DNA of 64,000 nucleotides from Podarcis cretensis (taxonomy: Eukaryota): positions 43,834,001 through 43,898,000 of the forward strand of contig OX638153.1 in NCBI GenBank assembly GCA_951804945.1. Reading direction: 5' to 3'. This document shows, one piece after another, positions 24,446-37,900 of the stretch. The first letter of the stretch is position 1. Every line of letters begins with the position of its first letter. The notes beneath the pieces are model-generated. The model ran no database searches. It saw only the letters and a program-made list of their open reading frames with translations, and had not been told where the DNA came from. The position numbers were made by a program, and so were the translations under genes.

Positions 24446-26269
24446 ATTAGATCACCTTTCATTTCTGCCTTGGCATGATAATTTGCATAGTCTTGTAAGA
24501 TTTAAAAAAAAACAACGTATAATTTTCAAATATGCATGTGATAGGTACATTAAAATTGTTGGGAAAACTCCATTTAAGCACAGGCTTCCAGTAGTAATGA
24601 GAAATAGCAGAGAATGCTTCTGCAGCAACTAGAATCAAACAGACCTTTTTTTTCCTGAAGAAATATAATGTGAAGGCATGAGAATATGTTGTGACATAAT
24701 TGTCTCTCTTGGATGATAAATTCAGGAACCGTGCAGGAATAACAAGGTCAAATGATTCAGGGCGTACAGCTCATTCATAATGATCTATCCAACACTGAGC
24801 AGCCGGAGAGCATAATGACTTGAAAAAGCATAAACATTCAGAACAGTACATTGGCAAACATATAGGCATCATCCAGACTGAGATGAGAACATTGACACTG
24901 ACATGTAAACCTCCATGCAGAAACACCTAAGAATTGCAGAAGACCTCCTGCAGCCCCACCATACCCTCATTTAAAATTACCTTGCAATGGTCCTATTCCT
25001 AGCCACATTTGCTTGGAAACAAGCTCCAACTATATGAGACTGGCATGAGTTAACACAAGTATGTCCATCATGTGATAACTGTAACATTGAGTGGTGATTG
25101 CCATGTTTTGCAAATTTTCACAATTATCATAATTCAGTTTTTAGGCAGAGAACATTCTCATCACCCAGCGTCAGACATACGACAGCTAATGGTGGCAGTA
25201 ATAAGTATTATCTACCCTTGGCAATTTTTATTTATTGTACATGTGCAGCCATGGCTGGTTCATGCTGTCAACTAATGGAGCTGGCATCGCTTATATTTAT
25301 GCACGGTGTTCCCTGTTCACCATGTGTGTACATACATTAAGTTAGAAATGACAACAATGGGCAGCTGCAATGTTCAGCGCAACAGCAGCAGCAGCAGCTG
25401 GAAGGATGAAGAAGGGGAGAGCAGCCAGCTCCAAAGACCCAAGCCTTTCCCAGAGTGTTCTGGAGCTTAGCAACTTTTGCCACCTCCAAGAAGTAGAAAT
25501 GCAAACCACCTAAGAATGATTCCAAAATAAGTATCAAGGGCAACTTATGGTAAATGTACCCGAGGCAAAATAGGGGCATGTGAAAATGTTTATCTTTTGC
25601 TACGTTCCTTGTGGTTTAAAACAGAGAATCATAATTGGCAATGCCATGTGTGAACAACAAAATAATAAATCTAAACACTAAAGCAATTAATCTGAACCCA
25701 GTAAAAATGCAAAGGTTGTACTATGCTGCTTCTCCCTTGGCCTCTCCTAAAATGTAGGTGAATTCGACCTCAAGCTAAGTAATAAGAGCCTTGATTCATT
25801 TCACCTTTAACTGGGAAAAGCCACTTCTATGATTCAGCAGAGGGCAAAGCTGCCTCAATTACAAGCTGGTAAAAGTAAATGTCTCAGCGAACTGCAAACT
25901 GATTACTTTGTTCCCTTTGGGCATTATGACTGTCACAGAATTACAAAAGGCACAAGGATCTAGGCCAGCCAGATTATCGCCATATTGTCCTTCCAGGGGT
26001 CTCTGTCATCTTTGTCTAATGACAAAACAGTTTCTAACACCCACTGCCATCAGCTCACCCCACGTTCTCTATAATGGATCACTAAACCCAACATAAAACC
26101 TTAGTTTGGAAATAGGATGTATGAATGTCAGGGAACATAAAATGCCCAACCTTTGAATTAAAACTGTGCAAGAGAAGTCTCCATAGCTTGTATTCAGTGT
26201 CTAAGTGATGGCAAAAAAATTCCAAACACACTTATTCAATACTGGTTTAACTAGGACCTGGATATCTGA

Positions 26270-26612
26270 TAGAATACCTTCTCCCTTACGGACCTGTCCA
26301 AATATTAAGATGTAGCAGGGGTGCTCTCTTGATGGTGTCACACTTGCCTAGGATTTGACATGTGACAACCCAAGAAAGGGCACTCTTGTTCCAGGCATCG
26401 TGATTGTGGAACTCTGAGCCTGTTGACACCAAGTCTACCCAGTGCCAACTGAAGACCTACTGAGTCTCTTCGGCTTTGGGTTGGATTTGTGTCATTGTAC
26501 TCTGTAAATAGTTGTTTGACTGTTGGTGCTCTTGCCTGTTTTGTTGTTTATTGATATGTTGATTGTACGAATTGGAATTATTTTATAATGGAATGCAGGT
26601 GATAAATTTTAC
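26270..26612 (+). mobile_element. Old L2 3' fragment
   Basis: Degenerate ORF2 end (ccttacggacctgtccaaatattaagat...agggcactcttg...tgtggaactct...ctgaagacctac) followed by a T-rich 3'UTR. Confidence 0.55.
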
Positions 26613-26626
26613 AAACAATCAAAAAT

Positions 26627-26752
26627 GCTGGGATAGCTCAGTCAGTAGAGCATGAGACTCTTAATCTTAGGATAATGGGTTCAAGCCCCATGTTGGGCAA
26701 AATATGCCTGCATTGTGGTTCCTTCCAACTCCACAATTCTATGTTTCTATGA
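26627..26752 (+). mobile_element. tRNA-Lys(CUU)-headed SINE with CR1 3' tail
   Basis: gctgggatagctcagtcagtagagcatgagactcttaatcttagg...gggttcaagccccatgttgggc resembles tRNA-Lys-CTT; then cctgcattg...ccttccaactccacaattctatgtttctatga. Confidence 0.85.
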
Positions 26753-27544
26753 AATATGTTCATTTTGAATAATTCCTTCATTGTACAAAACAGAAGCTAT
26801 TTGCTGCAATCATTCAGCTAGTTTTGCTAATGAATAAGATGTCTTAACAATAAGCACAAGCCTCATAACCATGTGTGACTCTGTTCATTAGATAGTGCTA
26901 TACATTGCTGAATTTCCCCCCTTCTCCCCATAAATCTACTATGCACAATGAACTTACAATGTCAGCAGAAATTCAGCTAATCCTATAGCACAGAGAGGGT
27001 AATTTCAAAAGGTAATTGATGTCTTTTTAACCTAGAAATGTCAGATTGTATTGAGAATAATGGGGCCTGACAAGCCTAAAGTTAAAAGAGAAATTGCAAA
27101 ATTGATCCACTTTGGGTTCTGAATTTTTAAACTAAGTTAGCATTGTGCTCCTACCCAAGTATTATTACATGAATATTTCCCTCTAGGTTTTAAGGCTATC
27201 TCTGGAATGGCATGTGCCCTGCTGAATGGGAAAATGCAATAAGACTTCCTTTTCTCTCTTGCCGAGCTCTGGAATATTGGCTTAAAGTCCTGCTTTATAG
27301 GGTAGACCCTCACTGCTGCTTTTCTGACACCTGGAAGTAATTTTGCTGGAATGGGAAGCTTCAGGGAGAAATTGGCCTTGTTGAAATGTTTTAGGAAGCA
27401 GAGACAGCAGCTCTGATGAAAAGGTGGCTCTGCTCCCTGATCTGTCCTCTGTAACTCCATGGAACACAAAGACCACCTCCCTTCCCCTCCCTTAAGCCTC
27501 CAAAGAGTCACCTCTGCTGCCAGACTCTGATGGATGCTCTACAG

Positions 27545-27791
27545 CAGGGGTAGGCAACCTAAGGCCCGTGGGCCAGATGCGGCCCAATGGCCTTCTCAAT
27601 CCGGCCCACGGATGGTCCGGGAATCAGAGTGTTTTTACATGAGTAGAATGTGTGCTTTTATTTAAAATGCATCTCTGGCTTATTTGTGGGGCATAGGAAT
27701 TTGTTCATTCCCCCCTAAAAATAGTTTGGTCCACCACATGGTCTGAGGGACGGTGGACCAGGCCACGGCTGAAAAAGGTTGCTGACCCCTG
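27545..27791 (+). mobile_element. hAT (Charlie/OC1-like) MITE
   Basis: TIRs caggggtaggcaacct / aggttgctgacccctg; 8-bp TSD ctctacag (27537-27544, 27792-27799). Confidence 0.92.
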
Positions 27792-29288
27792 CTCTACAGG
27801 CTGCTTGAGAGATCAAGAGAACTTTGAGGAGAGACCCCACAGCTGGAAAGCCCATTAATCCACAGGAGCCACCCCACCCCCAATTGAAAGCACAGAACCA
27901 ATTGCTCGATTACTGTACTGTTGGATTTTTAGTAAAAATTCTGTCTGAACAGTTAGCCTCTAATACTTGCAATAATACCAGTGTGAATTTTTCATTCTAA
28001 ATTATGATCTTCTGGTGGACACGGAGGTCTGCAGACCCTGAAGCAATAAATAAGTTATTTAAGAACAATATACATGTTAAGAGCATTTGTTCAGGTATAG
28101 ATTGTAGCATTATTTTTTTTCCTTGGTGTCAATTATATATATATATATAAATTCTCTTCGTAAGACATATTTTACAAACATATGTAATATTCACGGAAAA
28201 CAGTATTTAAAAGTCTACAATCCTATACAATGTCATCAGCTCATATGCATGGTAAATATGCTAAACCCCTAAAGGAACAATGTTTCTGCATATGTAGGGA
28301 AGACACAATTGAAGATACACTACACATTATAGAATGAATGCAGAATGAATGCTTTTGTTTGAGTTCTTAAACAATATATGGATTTTGAGAGCGCTTCATA
28401 ACTACTGCTCAGTCGAGACAACTTTCCTACTTATAGGCCTTCTTTGCCTGCAGTGGCTGTCTATAAAATTATAGACGATCAATTGCAGTGTTGTGCTACC
28501 AAGATAATTTCCTATAATATTTAATGATTTTTGCACAGGTGTTTAGACTGAATAATCAGAAGTAGCTTAGGGGGGCTGTTGCTTGCTTTTGCCCTATGAA
28601 ACCCACTTGTACCCACATTGCAGATCTTCAAAACGCCTCTTTCAAATACAGTATTTTTAAAAAGTGTATGACCATGGAGTCTTTTTGTAACCACTACATT
28701 TATTCGTATGATTCTGCTCCTCCCTTACCTGGATGAAAAGGGCTTATTGTTTGCTCATTTTTCAAGTTACTAATGCTGAACAAGAGAACGAACAACAGAT
28801 TGGTTTTGTTGGCAGCAGGGTGTGTGCGTGTGTGTTTGGTTTTGTTGGCAGGAGCTGCAATAAATTCTTATCAAAATTTCTGCTGCTTTTACTTCATTGG
28901 GAACAGCAGGGAATTCCAGCAGGGCCAAAAAGGTTAGCCGTAAGGGATCAGGAAACTAATCTGCACTGGAGAGCCCTTCTCATCAGAGCTGGGCGATACG
29001 CTGCAAAACAAGTGAGCTTTGCAGTGATGCTGATAAACCACCATTTCTGTCATGTGGGAAAATTCGCAGTAGAAGTAATTAAAGCCCACTACCTCACAGT
29101 AGGAATTCAGCTCCACATCAAATATTTGCATAAACCTTCCTAGATGGAGATGTTCTCTAAAATAATTACTTGCCTGGCTGAAGACACACCCACACCCAGG
29201 CTACCTTCAGCAGTTCTGTATTAGCTAGATACCATCTGCTGGTGAAAGTATATGGAAAAAACCACAGGAAGAAAGAAACCATAGGAAG

Positions 29289-30368
29289 GATAAAGTGCGA
29301 GACTGGTTACATTACGCTCAGATTAAAGAAGTTTTTAAAAATGACAAAAAGTTAGGGTTCCAGGTGGAGAAATCGAAGTTGGAAACAGAATTGTTAGAGC
29401 CAAAAACTAAGGTTTTATCAAGAATGTATAACTTGCTGCTGAAATGGAATACACAAGACGAAATGGTTAAATCGGTTATGATAAAGTGGGCTCAGGATAT
29501 TGGGCATAATATTATGTTTGAGGACTGGGAAAGGTTGTGGACCACTGGGCTGAACTTCACTGCATGTAATGCTTTGAAGGAAAATGTAATGAAAATGATG
29601 TATAGATGGTACATGACCCCAGTTAAACTTGCCAAAATATACCATTTGTCTGATAATAAATGTTGGAAATGTAAAGAACATGAAGGAACATTCTTTCACC
29701 TCTGGTGGACTTGCCCTAGAGTGAAGGCCTTCTGGGAAATGATTTATAATGAGTTGAAAAAGGTATTTAAGTATACCTTTACTAAGAAACCAGAGGCCTT
29801 CCTTCTGGGCATTGTCGGCCAGAAGGTGTTAAAGAAGGACCGAACATTTTTTATGTATGCAACAACGGCAGCAAGGATACTCATTGCCAAGAGCTGGAAA
29901 ACTCAAGATCTACCCACACTGGAAGAATGGCAGATGCAGCTGATGGACTATATGCAACTGGCCGAGATGACTGGCAGAATCCGAGACCTGGGAGAAGAGA
30001 GGGTTGAAGAAGACTGGAAGAAATTCAAGATTTATCTACAAAAGTATTGTAATTTGGTTGAATGCTAAGAAGGATGCTAGATCATAAATAATTGCCTACC
30101 ACTGAATTAGATTGAACCTGACGATAAGTGAGATTGAGGGAAACATAAAATTTGTGGAGAATAGATTAAATTAACTGAACAAAATTTAAGAATTTAAACA
30201 AGATGATAAATTGCTGGAAAAAATTTATAACGATGTAAGTGGGAGTGGGAGACGTGAGGGAGTCCAAAGAAGTTCTGAAAAATGTGTTCTGATCCATGCT
30301 ATATTGTTTATTATTTTTGCATTTTGTATTTTAAAAAAAAATCTCAATAAATATTTATATATAAAAAA
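29289..30368 (+). mobile_element. Young 5'-truncated L1-clade LINE
   Basis: Uninterrupted 257-aa ORF2 C-terminus (29295..30068) with the CCHC knuckle CWKC..GTFFHLWWTC, 3'UTR, aataaa and poly(A). TSD aaagaaaccataggaag (29272-29288, 30369-30385). Confidence 0.92.
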
Positions 30369-30633
30369 AAAGAAACCATAGGAAGATCTCGCCCTCGAGG
30401 CATCAGCTGCATGTGATATACATTTTATTTGAGTTGGGGCCTTCTCCCTTTCATACAATCTGACAAGAACAATAAAGCTGAATTTACACGTCTCTGTATG
30501 GAAGGCCACCAGCCAGAACACAGTGGAAGCTTCCAGTGGATGTGCTGGGGACGTGGAACTCAAGCCACAGGTTAAGTGTGAGGCAGGTGAATACAATATG
30601 TAGCATGGCAGTCAAATGTTCAGAAAATCCAAA

Positions 30634-31123
30634 GGAGGAATGGCAACTAAAGCTATTTGACTATATTAAGCTGGCTAAAATGACAGAAACAATTAGGAAC
30701 AGAACAAGCCAAAAGTTCTCTAAGGAAAGGGAGTGCTATAAAAAATATCTAGAAAAACATTGCTCTCAAATAAAGCCTTTATTATGCTTTGATTAATTTA
30801 ATTTTTGCAAAACACAAAACAGTTATTATAACCAAACAAGCTAATACCAAGAAACAGAAAACATCTAAAGAAGGGCAGTTAAGGAAAAGGAAATATTGAC
30901 TCAAATTGAGGTGGTGGACGGAAGCTAAATCAAAAGATTAGAATGTTTAAGGTTTGATAATTAAATATAATAAGTATGGGGAACGGGTGGTGGGAAAGAT
31001 ATTTAGTGGCTATGTTATTTTTTTCTTTATTTCTTATGTAACTGTTTATTCCTAGGTGTAGTTCAAATTAAGGATGGAAAATGTATATGGATGTATGCAA
31101 AACAGAACTTAAAAAGAAAGAAA
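30634..31123 (+). mobile_element. Older 5'-truncated L1-clade LINE
   Basis: EEWQLKLFDYIKLAKMT..IR is homologous to EEWQMQLMDYMQLAEMTGRIR in the neighbouring L1. A-rich tail; TSD agaaaatccaaa (30622-30633, 31124-31135). Confidence 0.8.
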
Positions 31124-31883
31124 AGAAAATCCAAATGAGAAGAGATGTTGAAACAGGAAATAAGGAATGTTATTGGTTCTTAAAATCTCAATCTTTTACC
31201 ACAAGATCCATAAAACAGCTACAGTTTACATGAAGACCAGATATTTGTATAGCTTTATACTCATCTGTCTTCTATTCTAATGATTTGCTTTTGTTCCTCG
31301 GTTTCTTACTCTGAACCTTGGCTTGCTGCATATCACAATCCTGGCTGTCATTAGTAGATTTCTCCGAAATGGTTTTCTCACTTACAGGCATTGACAGGGG
31401 GTCAGAATCATTTACCAGAAGTCGAGTATTGAGTAGTTCTCTTTTGCTCTCACTATACTATTCTTTAATTTCGCTTGTGTTTGAGTGCAAACCCAATTAT
31501 TTGTACTGATAGAAAAATATCTTTTTTGGATGGTGAAATGTATTCAGCTGTAGCAATAGATAGAAAAATAGATGGATAAAGATAGACAGACAGACGGATC
31601 AATAGACGTGACAACTTAGCATCTAAATCTTTCCTCTCTAAACATTCTTCTTACAGTGTAGCAACTGAATGGTCCAGTTATATGCTGCTTCATAAAGATT
31701 TCTAAAGAAGTGGCATAGATATGATGGCATGGCTATGTCTGCAGTTATGTGCTGTCCTACAGACATTTGGAGTAATCCCATCAGCTCTCTTACTGACCTA
31801 ACATGGCACTTCTTTACAGATGTTAGCGGAGCGTTGCCAGGCTGGACCATTCTACGGGGGTGTGCATGTTGGTTGAATTAGGA

Positions 31884-32255
31884 CAGAGGTAGGGAACCTC
31901 TGGCTTGGGAGACAAATGTGGCCTTCCAGGCCTTTCTATATGACTTTTGGTACTGTCCTCAGGCCACTCTCTTGAGTGGCCCTTCTCTGTGCCCTTGCCT
32001 GACAGGAATGTGTCCTTGAACTGTGCTAGTGCCTCTTGCATCCTGCGTGGAGGGTGGGCAAAGGTGTGCAGGTGTAAGATGTAGAAACATCCGACTTGCA
32101 TGGTTGGAATGTAGCCTACTGTACAAAGAAGAGAGTCACGTCTATTGCTTTTCCCATTTTTCTTCTCCCCACCTCTGGGCAAACTGGCATGCAGCCCCTG
32201 AAAGTCTGCCCATGAGAAACGTGGCAATCATGCTAACAAAGATTTTCTATTCCTG
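31884..32255. mobile_element. Old hAT MITE
   Basis: cagaggtagggaacct ... agattttctattcctg degenerate TIRs; the 3' part resembles 14860-14935. Confidence 0.45.
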
Positions 32256-32592
32256 AACTGACTTTCTATTCTAAAACAAAACTTAGAGAGCACTTGCCCA
32301 AGAAGTAGTAGTGAAACTCCTTTAAAGGTGTGCAGCGTGGTAGCCTGACCCTTTAAATCCTAACCTACTTTGCAGTCTTCCTTCCAACTAGCATATACCA
32401 AATAAAACCATTAGTCCATCTAGCTAAGTATTGTCTACACAGACTAGTGGTGGCTTCCTAGTGTTTGAGGCAGGGATCTAAAGAGGCTAGGGATCAAACC
32501 TGGGATCCTCAGCATGCAAAGCAGATGTTCCACTATGGAACTCTAGGGCCTTTCCTCAATCTAGTTGACACAATGTTGATACCATCTCTAAA

Positions 32593-32756
32593 ATACTGTA
32601 CTTACTTGAGTCCAATGCACCATCAAATCTAATGCGCACCTCAATTTTCAGAACCTTGAAACCAAAAAAGTATTTGGTGGTGAATGTAAATGTGCCATTG
32701 AATCTAATGCGCACCTTAATTTTCGCAATGTAATTTGGTCAAAAAAAGAGAGCATT
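32593..32756. mobile_element. Tc1/mariner (pogo/Tc2-like) terminal fragment
   Basis: tactgtactt start with a repeated aatctaatgcgcacc subterminal motif. Confidence 0.5.
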
Positions 32757-32848
32757 CTGGCACAGAGAAAGTCACTGGCAAGAGCCTTCACAATCATAAA
32801 TTTTTATTTACCTCTGTTTAGCAGTTCTCTGAAACAATTGTTCTAGAG

Positions 32849-32982
32849 TAAGGTTACCAGACGTCCCTGTTTCCCAGGGACAGTCCCCAGATTTACAAAT
32901 CAGTCCCCTGACAAAATCCTATCATTCCAACTCATTTCAATGAAGTGTCCCTGGATTCATTGAAAAAAATCTGGTAACCTTA
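32849..32982. mobile_element. hAT (Tip100-like) MITE
   Basis: Perfect 13-bp TIR TAAGGTTACCAGA / TCTGGTAACCTTA; 8-bp TSD ttctagag (32841-32848, 32983-32990). Confidence 0.92.
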
Positions 32983-34083
32983 TTCTAGAGAGACTTTAAT
33001 TTTGAAGGGGGCAGGAATTCCTTTTCTAGTACTTCTTTCTTCCTTTTCTTCCCTTCTCTAGTCCTGGCCACCAGTAGCCATCTTGTGGAGAATAGCAATG
33101 CAAGCAGCACTACAAAAACTTCCCCATGTGCCTTTTTGGTGCCCCACCAGGACAAATCTTGCATTTGTACCATGATACTGAGATTGCCAGAGCTGTCATT
33201 AAACCATGTGAAGTGCCTGGATTTTTTTTGAATAATGCAACTTTTAGTTCAGTACAAACTTAAGGAATTTAGAAGCTTAATTTCTCCACCAAACACACAC
33301 ATATACACAGCCTTGGTGAAAGGGATCAGATTAAATTTACTGAGCCTTTATGGCTTACTTTTCAATTAGCATCCCAGAAGGAATTTGTTCAAAAATGCTC
33401 CAAGATAAAGAGCCCCATAAACCAAGAGAGTTAATAGAGCACTGCCTTCTCAACCTGAAAATAATTGAGGTGGTCATCAAGGATGGCTGCATGAGTGCAT
33501 ACTCTGGGGCAGTTTGCTAGTTATGTACCTTTTTTTATGTTGCTCTTTTCGAAACATGACTGTCAAAGCAGTTTACCACAAGAGACAATCTGCGTACACA
33601 TAATTTCCCCCAAACTACAGTGCGAGCATGTGTTTTATTTTGTTCTCAGCGAGCTTTGCTCTTGGCCAGAGGTGCTTTCTTCTGCTCCATCATTTTCTTG
33701 TAAAATGAAAGGAAGACAGAACAGGAGGGTATTCTACTAATAGGTAAATTGCCATATATTATAGGTAGGTGCTTGTCCCCCGCCTTTTCCCAGTTGTCCT
33801 TACTGTAGAGGTGAAGCACACAATGGACATATTGATTTATTATTTTAACAATGCAGATGCTGGCTGAAGCCACGACTTCAGCTATTTAAAACATGTTCTC
33901 TTGATGTACTCACCTGGTGAACTATTTAAGGAGTTTGAGACAAAAGGTCCATTCTGGACGAGGACTGTCTTCCTATTTAATATGTAATAACAGTATTGTG
34001 AGCTCTTTCAAATAGTTGCTAACAACTTTTTTCAATCAGGATAGATATTTTTATATGGGTAATAATGAATGCACCATATTTAC

Positions 34084-34211
34084 CAGGGCTGGTGAACCTT
34101 GATCCTTCAAATGTTGTTGGACTTCAGCTGCCATTAACGCCAGGCAGCACAGTCAACCATTAGAGGTTATGAACTCTCCAACATCTGAAGGGCTGCAGGT
34201 TCTCTGTCCTG
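34084..34211. mobile_element. Old palindromic hAT MITE
   Basis: cagggctggtgaacct..ccttcaaatgttg / caacatctgaagg..caggttctctgtcctg; same family as 59177-59315. Confidence 0.6.
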
Positions 34212-34678
34212 AAATACATAAAGGATTTGGGTGGCTGGCTATGCTCATAATGTTTTTCTCTTTGACTGTGACTGTGGAACCGATCTGAACCAAATATAAA
34301 TAAATGTAAAGAGATGCCGTCTTAGATGAGTTTTCACCAGGGGGCGAGGTGTTTGTCATGTATGCTATTTTAGAGGCAGAGAAGATATGAGAGGATGGAT
34401 TTCAGTTCCAGCTCCAATCTAGGAGCCTGAAGGGGCTCCTCATTCAGAATCTAGAATCAATGAAATGTGTTGTGCCTTTGAAAACCCCTTTTAAAGAAAT
34501 ATTCCGCTCTCATTGTCACAGTTTGTCTCTATAGGCTCCCCACTGAGTTGCATTAAGCACAGCACAACACCCCAGCAATAATTTGAAATGCTTGTGGAAA
34601 AGCACTGACAAACCCACACTTAGGTTCACTTAAAGGCACAATAAAGAGCTCATTTATTCCTCCTGGATGACTGCATAC

Positions 34679-34953
34679 AGCAGCTTTCCCCAACTGGATA
34701 CCCTTCAGATAGTTTGGATTACAACACACATCAGTTCCAGCAAACATGGCTCTGCAAGCTGGGCAGTGCTATTTTTCTAGAAAAAGAGGTGCCAGAATTC
34801 ACCATGAACGCCTCCCTTTTTCTCTTACAATGGCAATGGTGCCCACTTGAGAGGTGCCGGAACTGCATTCTGGTGAATTCCAGCTGAATAAAAGCTGAGG
34901 CTGCAGATGAGAGTTGAGGTTCAAAACAACTGGAAGACACCAGGCTGGGGAAG
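34679..34953. mobile_element. Old hAT MITE with a second MITE nested inside (~34763-34897)
   Basis: Outer ends cagctttccccaactgg / ccaggctggggaagac. Inner element cagtgctatttttctagaaaaagaggtgcc...gaggtgccggaact...gaataaaagc. Confidence 0.55.
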
Positions 34954-37900
34954 ACTTAAAAAAGAAAGTTTAATATCTTTTTGGTCACTTTTCTGTTATA
35001 TTGTATTTTATTATTGTTGCCACTGTCACAAGTGAAAGATTGCAAAAAAAAAAAAAAAAAAAAAAGGATATAGCATATAAGCTTTCTTGGAACATCTGAT
35101 TCCACTCCCACCCCCCGTAAGTTTGAAATTGGGTGGCTTTGAAATATTTACTTCAGAATAAGCTCAATGAAACTTACTTTATAGTAACCATGCTTATGAT
35201 TGTACTGTGTGTCAAATCTGAGATGAACAGATTCCACCCCAATGCAGCCTGGAATCAGTTCAGGACACTTGGAATCATAGCCAAAATTTTAATCTGGGCT
35301 CCAAATGTAGTCAAGATGAGGCCTGTGCTGGGCCTGTCCAGAAGACTCATGGCCTTATTGCTTGACCATGATATTTGGGCTTCCCGCCCTGGATGCCTCA
35401 CACCCTTCAGCAACCTTTACTCCATCAGTTGGCATCATCCAAACACTTTGCAAAATCTACCAAAGGCCTAGTATGACTCAATTAATGGCAAGATAGCCAC
35501 AGTTGGACCTGAGGCCTCCAGCTTTTGGCAGAACAAGAAGATCACTCAGCATAGGAAAAGTTTTTCATGCTATGGAGAAGATGGTAAGACCTATTTGCTC
35601 TGTTCCCATTCTCTGTCACCACTGCCAATGTATGTGTACATTGCCAGAAACTTTACACTGGCCCCTTTTACAAAGTAGTACCAGCCAGCCCAAAGCAGCG
35701 TGCAAAGTAGTTTCATGCTGTATTTGTATGATGACCCACTTCTGCATTCCATAATCCTTTGATTTTTTGATCTTGAACATGCACCCTTAAATGACAATAT
35801 CATGCTCCCTTGCTATAGTTAAAGCCAGCTGAGGTGGGAATGACAGAGACAGATGGAGAAGCATCGTCCTTGCTAACATGATCTTAAAAAGAAACTCCCT
35901 CCCACGCAGAATTATTTTTTTTTGTGGTCACTGCTCACTTCCAATTATGTTGTACCATTGGCTAATGTCTGTTGTCAGCTAGAAACAAAGAGCACCAGAG
36001 GAAGGGGAAAAAAACCAAACAAGTTCTAAGCAGTGAAATTGTTTCTTTCTGGTACTACAATGGCCTACAGAAAAAGAAAACATTCCTGCTGAAGTTACAT
36101 AATTATGTGTTAGATAACCCTGTCAGAATCCCAGGGGAGGCCCAGCATTGCGGCTTTATTCCCATTATAGATCAGTGCCCTCCTGTCAATTACCTGCCAA
36201 CTTGAGGTCACACTGCTCTGGGGACATACCTTTCCTGAACTAAAAGCAAGCCAATATTTGTACTGAAGCTCCTTCTAAATAACAGCCTACAGTCAGTGGG
36301 AGAGCAGGAGTGGTAAAATCCCTTTTGCAAAATGCAGCTCAATAGCCAGGCAGACATGCAGGTGACAGAACTGGCTGTTCACAACCTTACAAAGGCATAT
36401 TCCACTCTATTGGCTGAAACAACAAGCCCCTTTTGCCTGTAATTCCAAACACTATGTAAAGGAGGAGGGTCAGAAATTGATTTTTAAACCATTTCCCCCC
36501 CAGGATTCTAATTTGTTGGAAGTCTAAAGAGTTCAAAGCATATTATAAAGTAGATTGTGTGCCCTCCCCGCCTGACAACCTCAATTCTGATTTAAAGCCG
36601 ATTGGAGCAGAAAATAGTTTGGGGCTAAGAGTCAGAATGTAAGTCTAGATGAAACCATTGTTAGTTTTATTGATTTGGTTGTTGTGGTTTATGTTGGGCC
36701 CCATCCTGGTACTGATGAAGTTATAAGTTAGCTAAGCATTAGAAGCTATAAGGTATAAATAAATAAAAATGATGACCATGGAGTCAGATTCAACTCATCC
36801 TACAACTGTAACATTTTACCTTGGCTGATTAGGGACAGTCCAGTCATTTTGTGTAACAGTGGGACATAACAAGCAGAACTTCCAGGGGCTCTTTTACTGA
36901 GACCTCTGTGTCATAATAATGAGTAGCTAAATACATCATTCTGATGTTTAAAAAGATTGTTGGAAAAAAGCAGGTCAGCAATTGCCAGTCATTATAGGCA
37001 GCCTCACAGGCTTGAATGCCCAGTGGAATGAAAGGAGGAGTAAGATATACAGTAGCAAGCATATTCAGTAAATGTGACCATATCCTGCATGTCTACAAGC
37101 TCACATTGTCTACACCATGTGTGCAAACAACCCACATGTATAGTTTATATGTTCACACCTTTAAGGAGGAAGCAACAATGCCTGTGTAAGTCTCATCAGC
37201 AATAAATCAGATCAGCCTGTAAGTCACACCTCTCATTTCAGGATGATAAAGCAGAACTGCTGAGGGAGAGGTGCAGGCTTCACGAAGAATCAGAAAGAGA
37301 AATACTGAGAGAAGTAGGAAAGTGGAGAGAAGGGGAGGGAGCTGTTGGGGCATGTTTCATCTTACTCAGAGATAAAGAGGGTGGAACTCTCTAAAGCAGC
37401 ATCTAAAGAAAGGTGAGAGGAGAAAGGAGATTTGGAGGTGGGGAGCCCTCACACTTTGAGTAAATAATAGTCAACAAAAACGGATACTGGTGTGAGACAA
37501 AAAGTTCTGGTGGTGAGTCTATAACGAGAATGGTGGGATATTAAAACCAAAAATTAAAATAGGAAGCAGGTTAAAAGATAAAGGACAACTCCAGGGTTCA
37601 GTGATGAAAATGGAGTCTGAGTTCTTGTAGCTATGGTCCCACCAGTATACTTCGAAGGAAGAGTATTTCATGTTCTAAGGATCCTCTGGCTGGGAGGTGA
37701 TGGATAACCCTAGAGTGAATCTAATGATACCCAGTGTGGAACTCACATAGATCAGGGTTTTCTACCATGATCCTACTCCTCCTATATTTATTTACATGTG
37801 AGTACAACTATAATCTTGCTATTGTGGTCATATACTCTGCCACACAATAATTCTGCTGCCAAAAAGAAACAGTATTATGTTGCTTCTTTCCTTAAGCAGT

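Noticed and set aside
26627-26700. Functional tRNA-Lys gene (and tRNA-Ile at 13824)
   Set aside because: Stems and T-loop are mutated and both run into CR1 tails, so they are SINE heads.
37140-37846. Possible solo LTR (purine-rich, ends ...gccacaca)
   Set aside because: No start or TSD could be defined; too uncertain to call.
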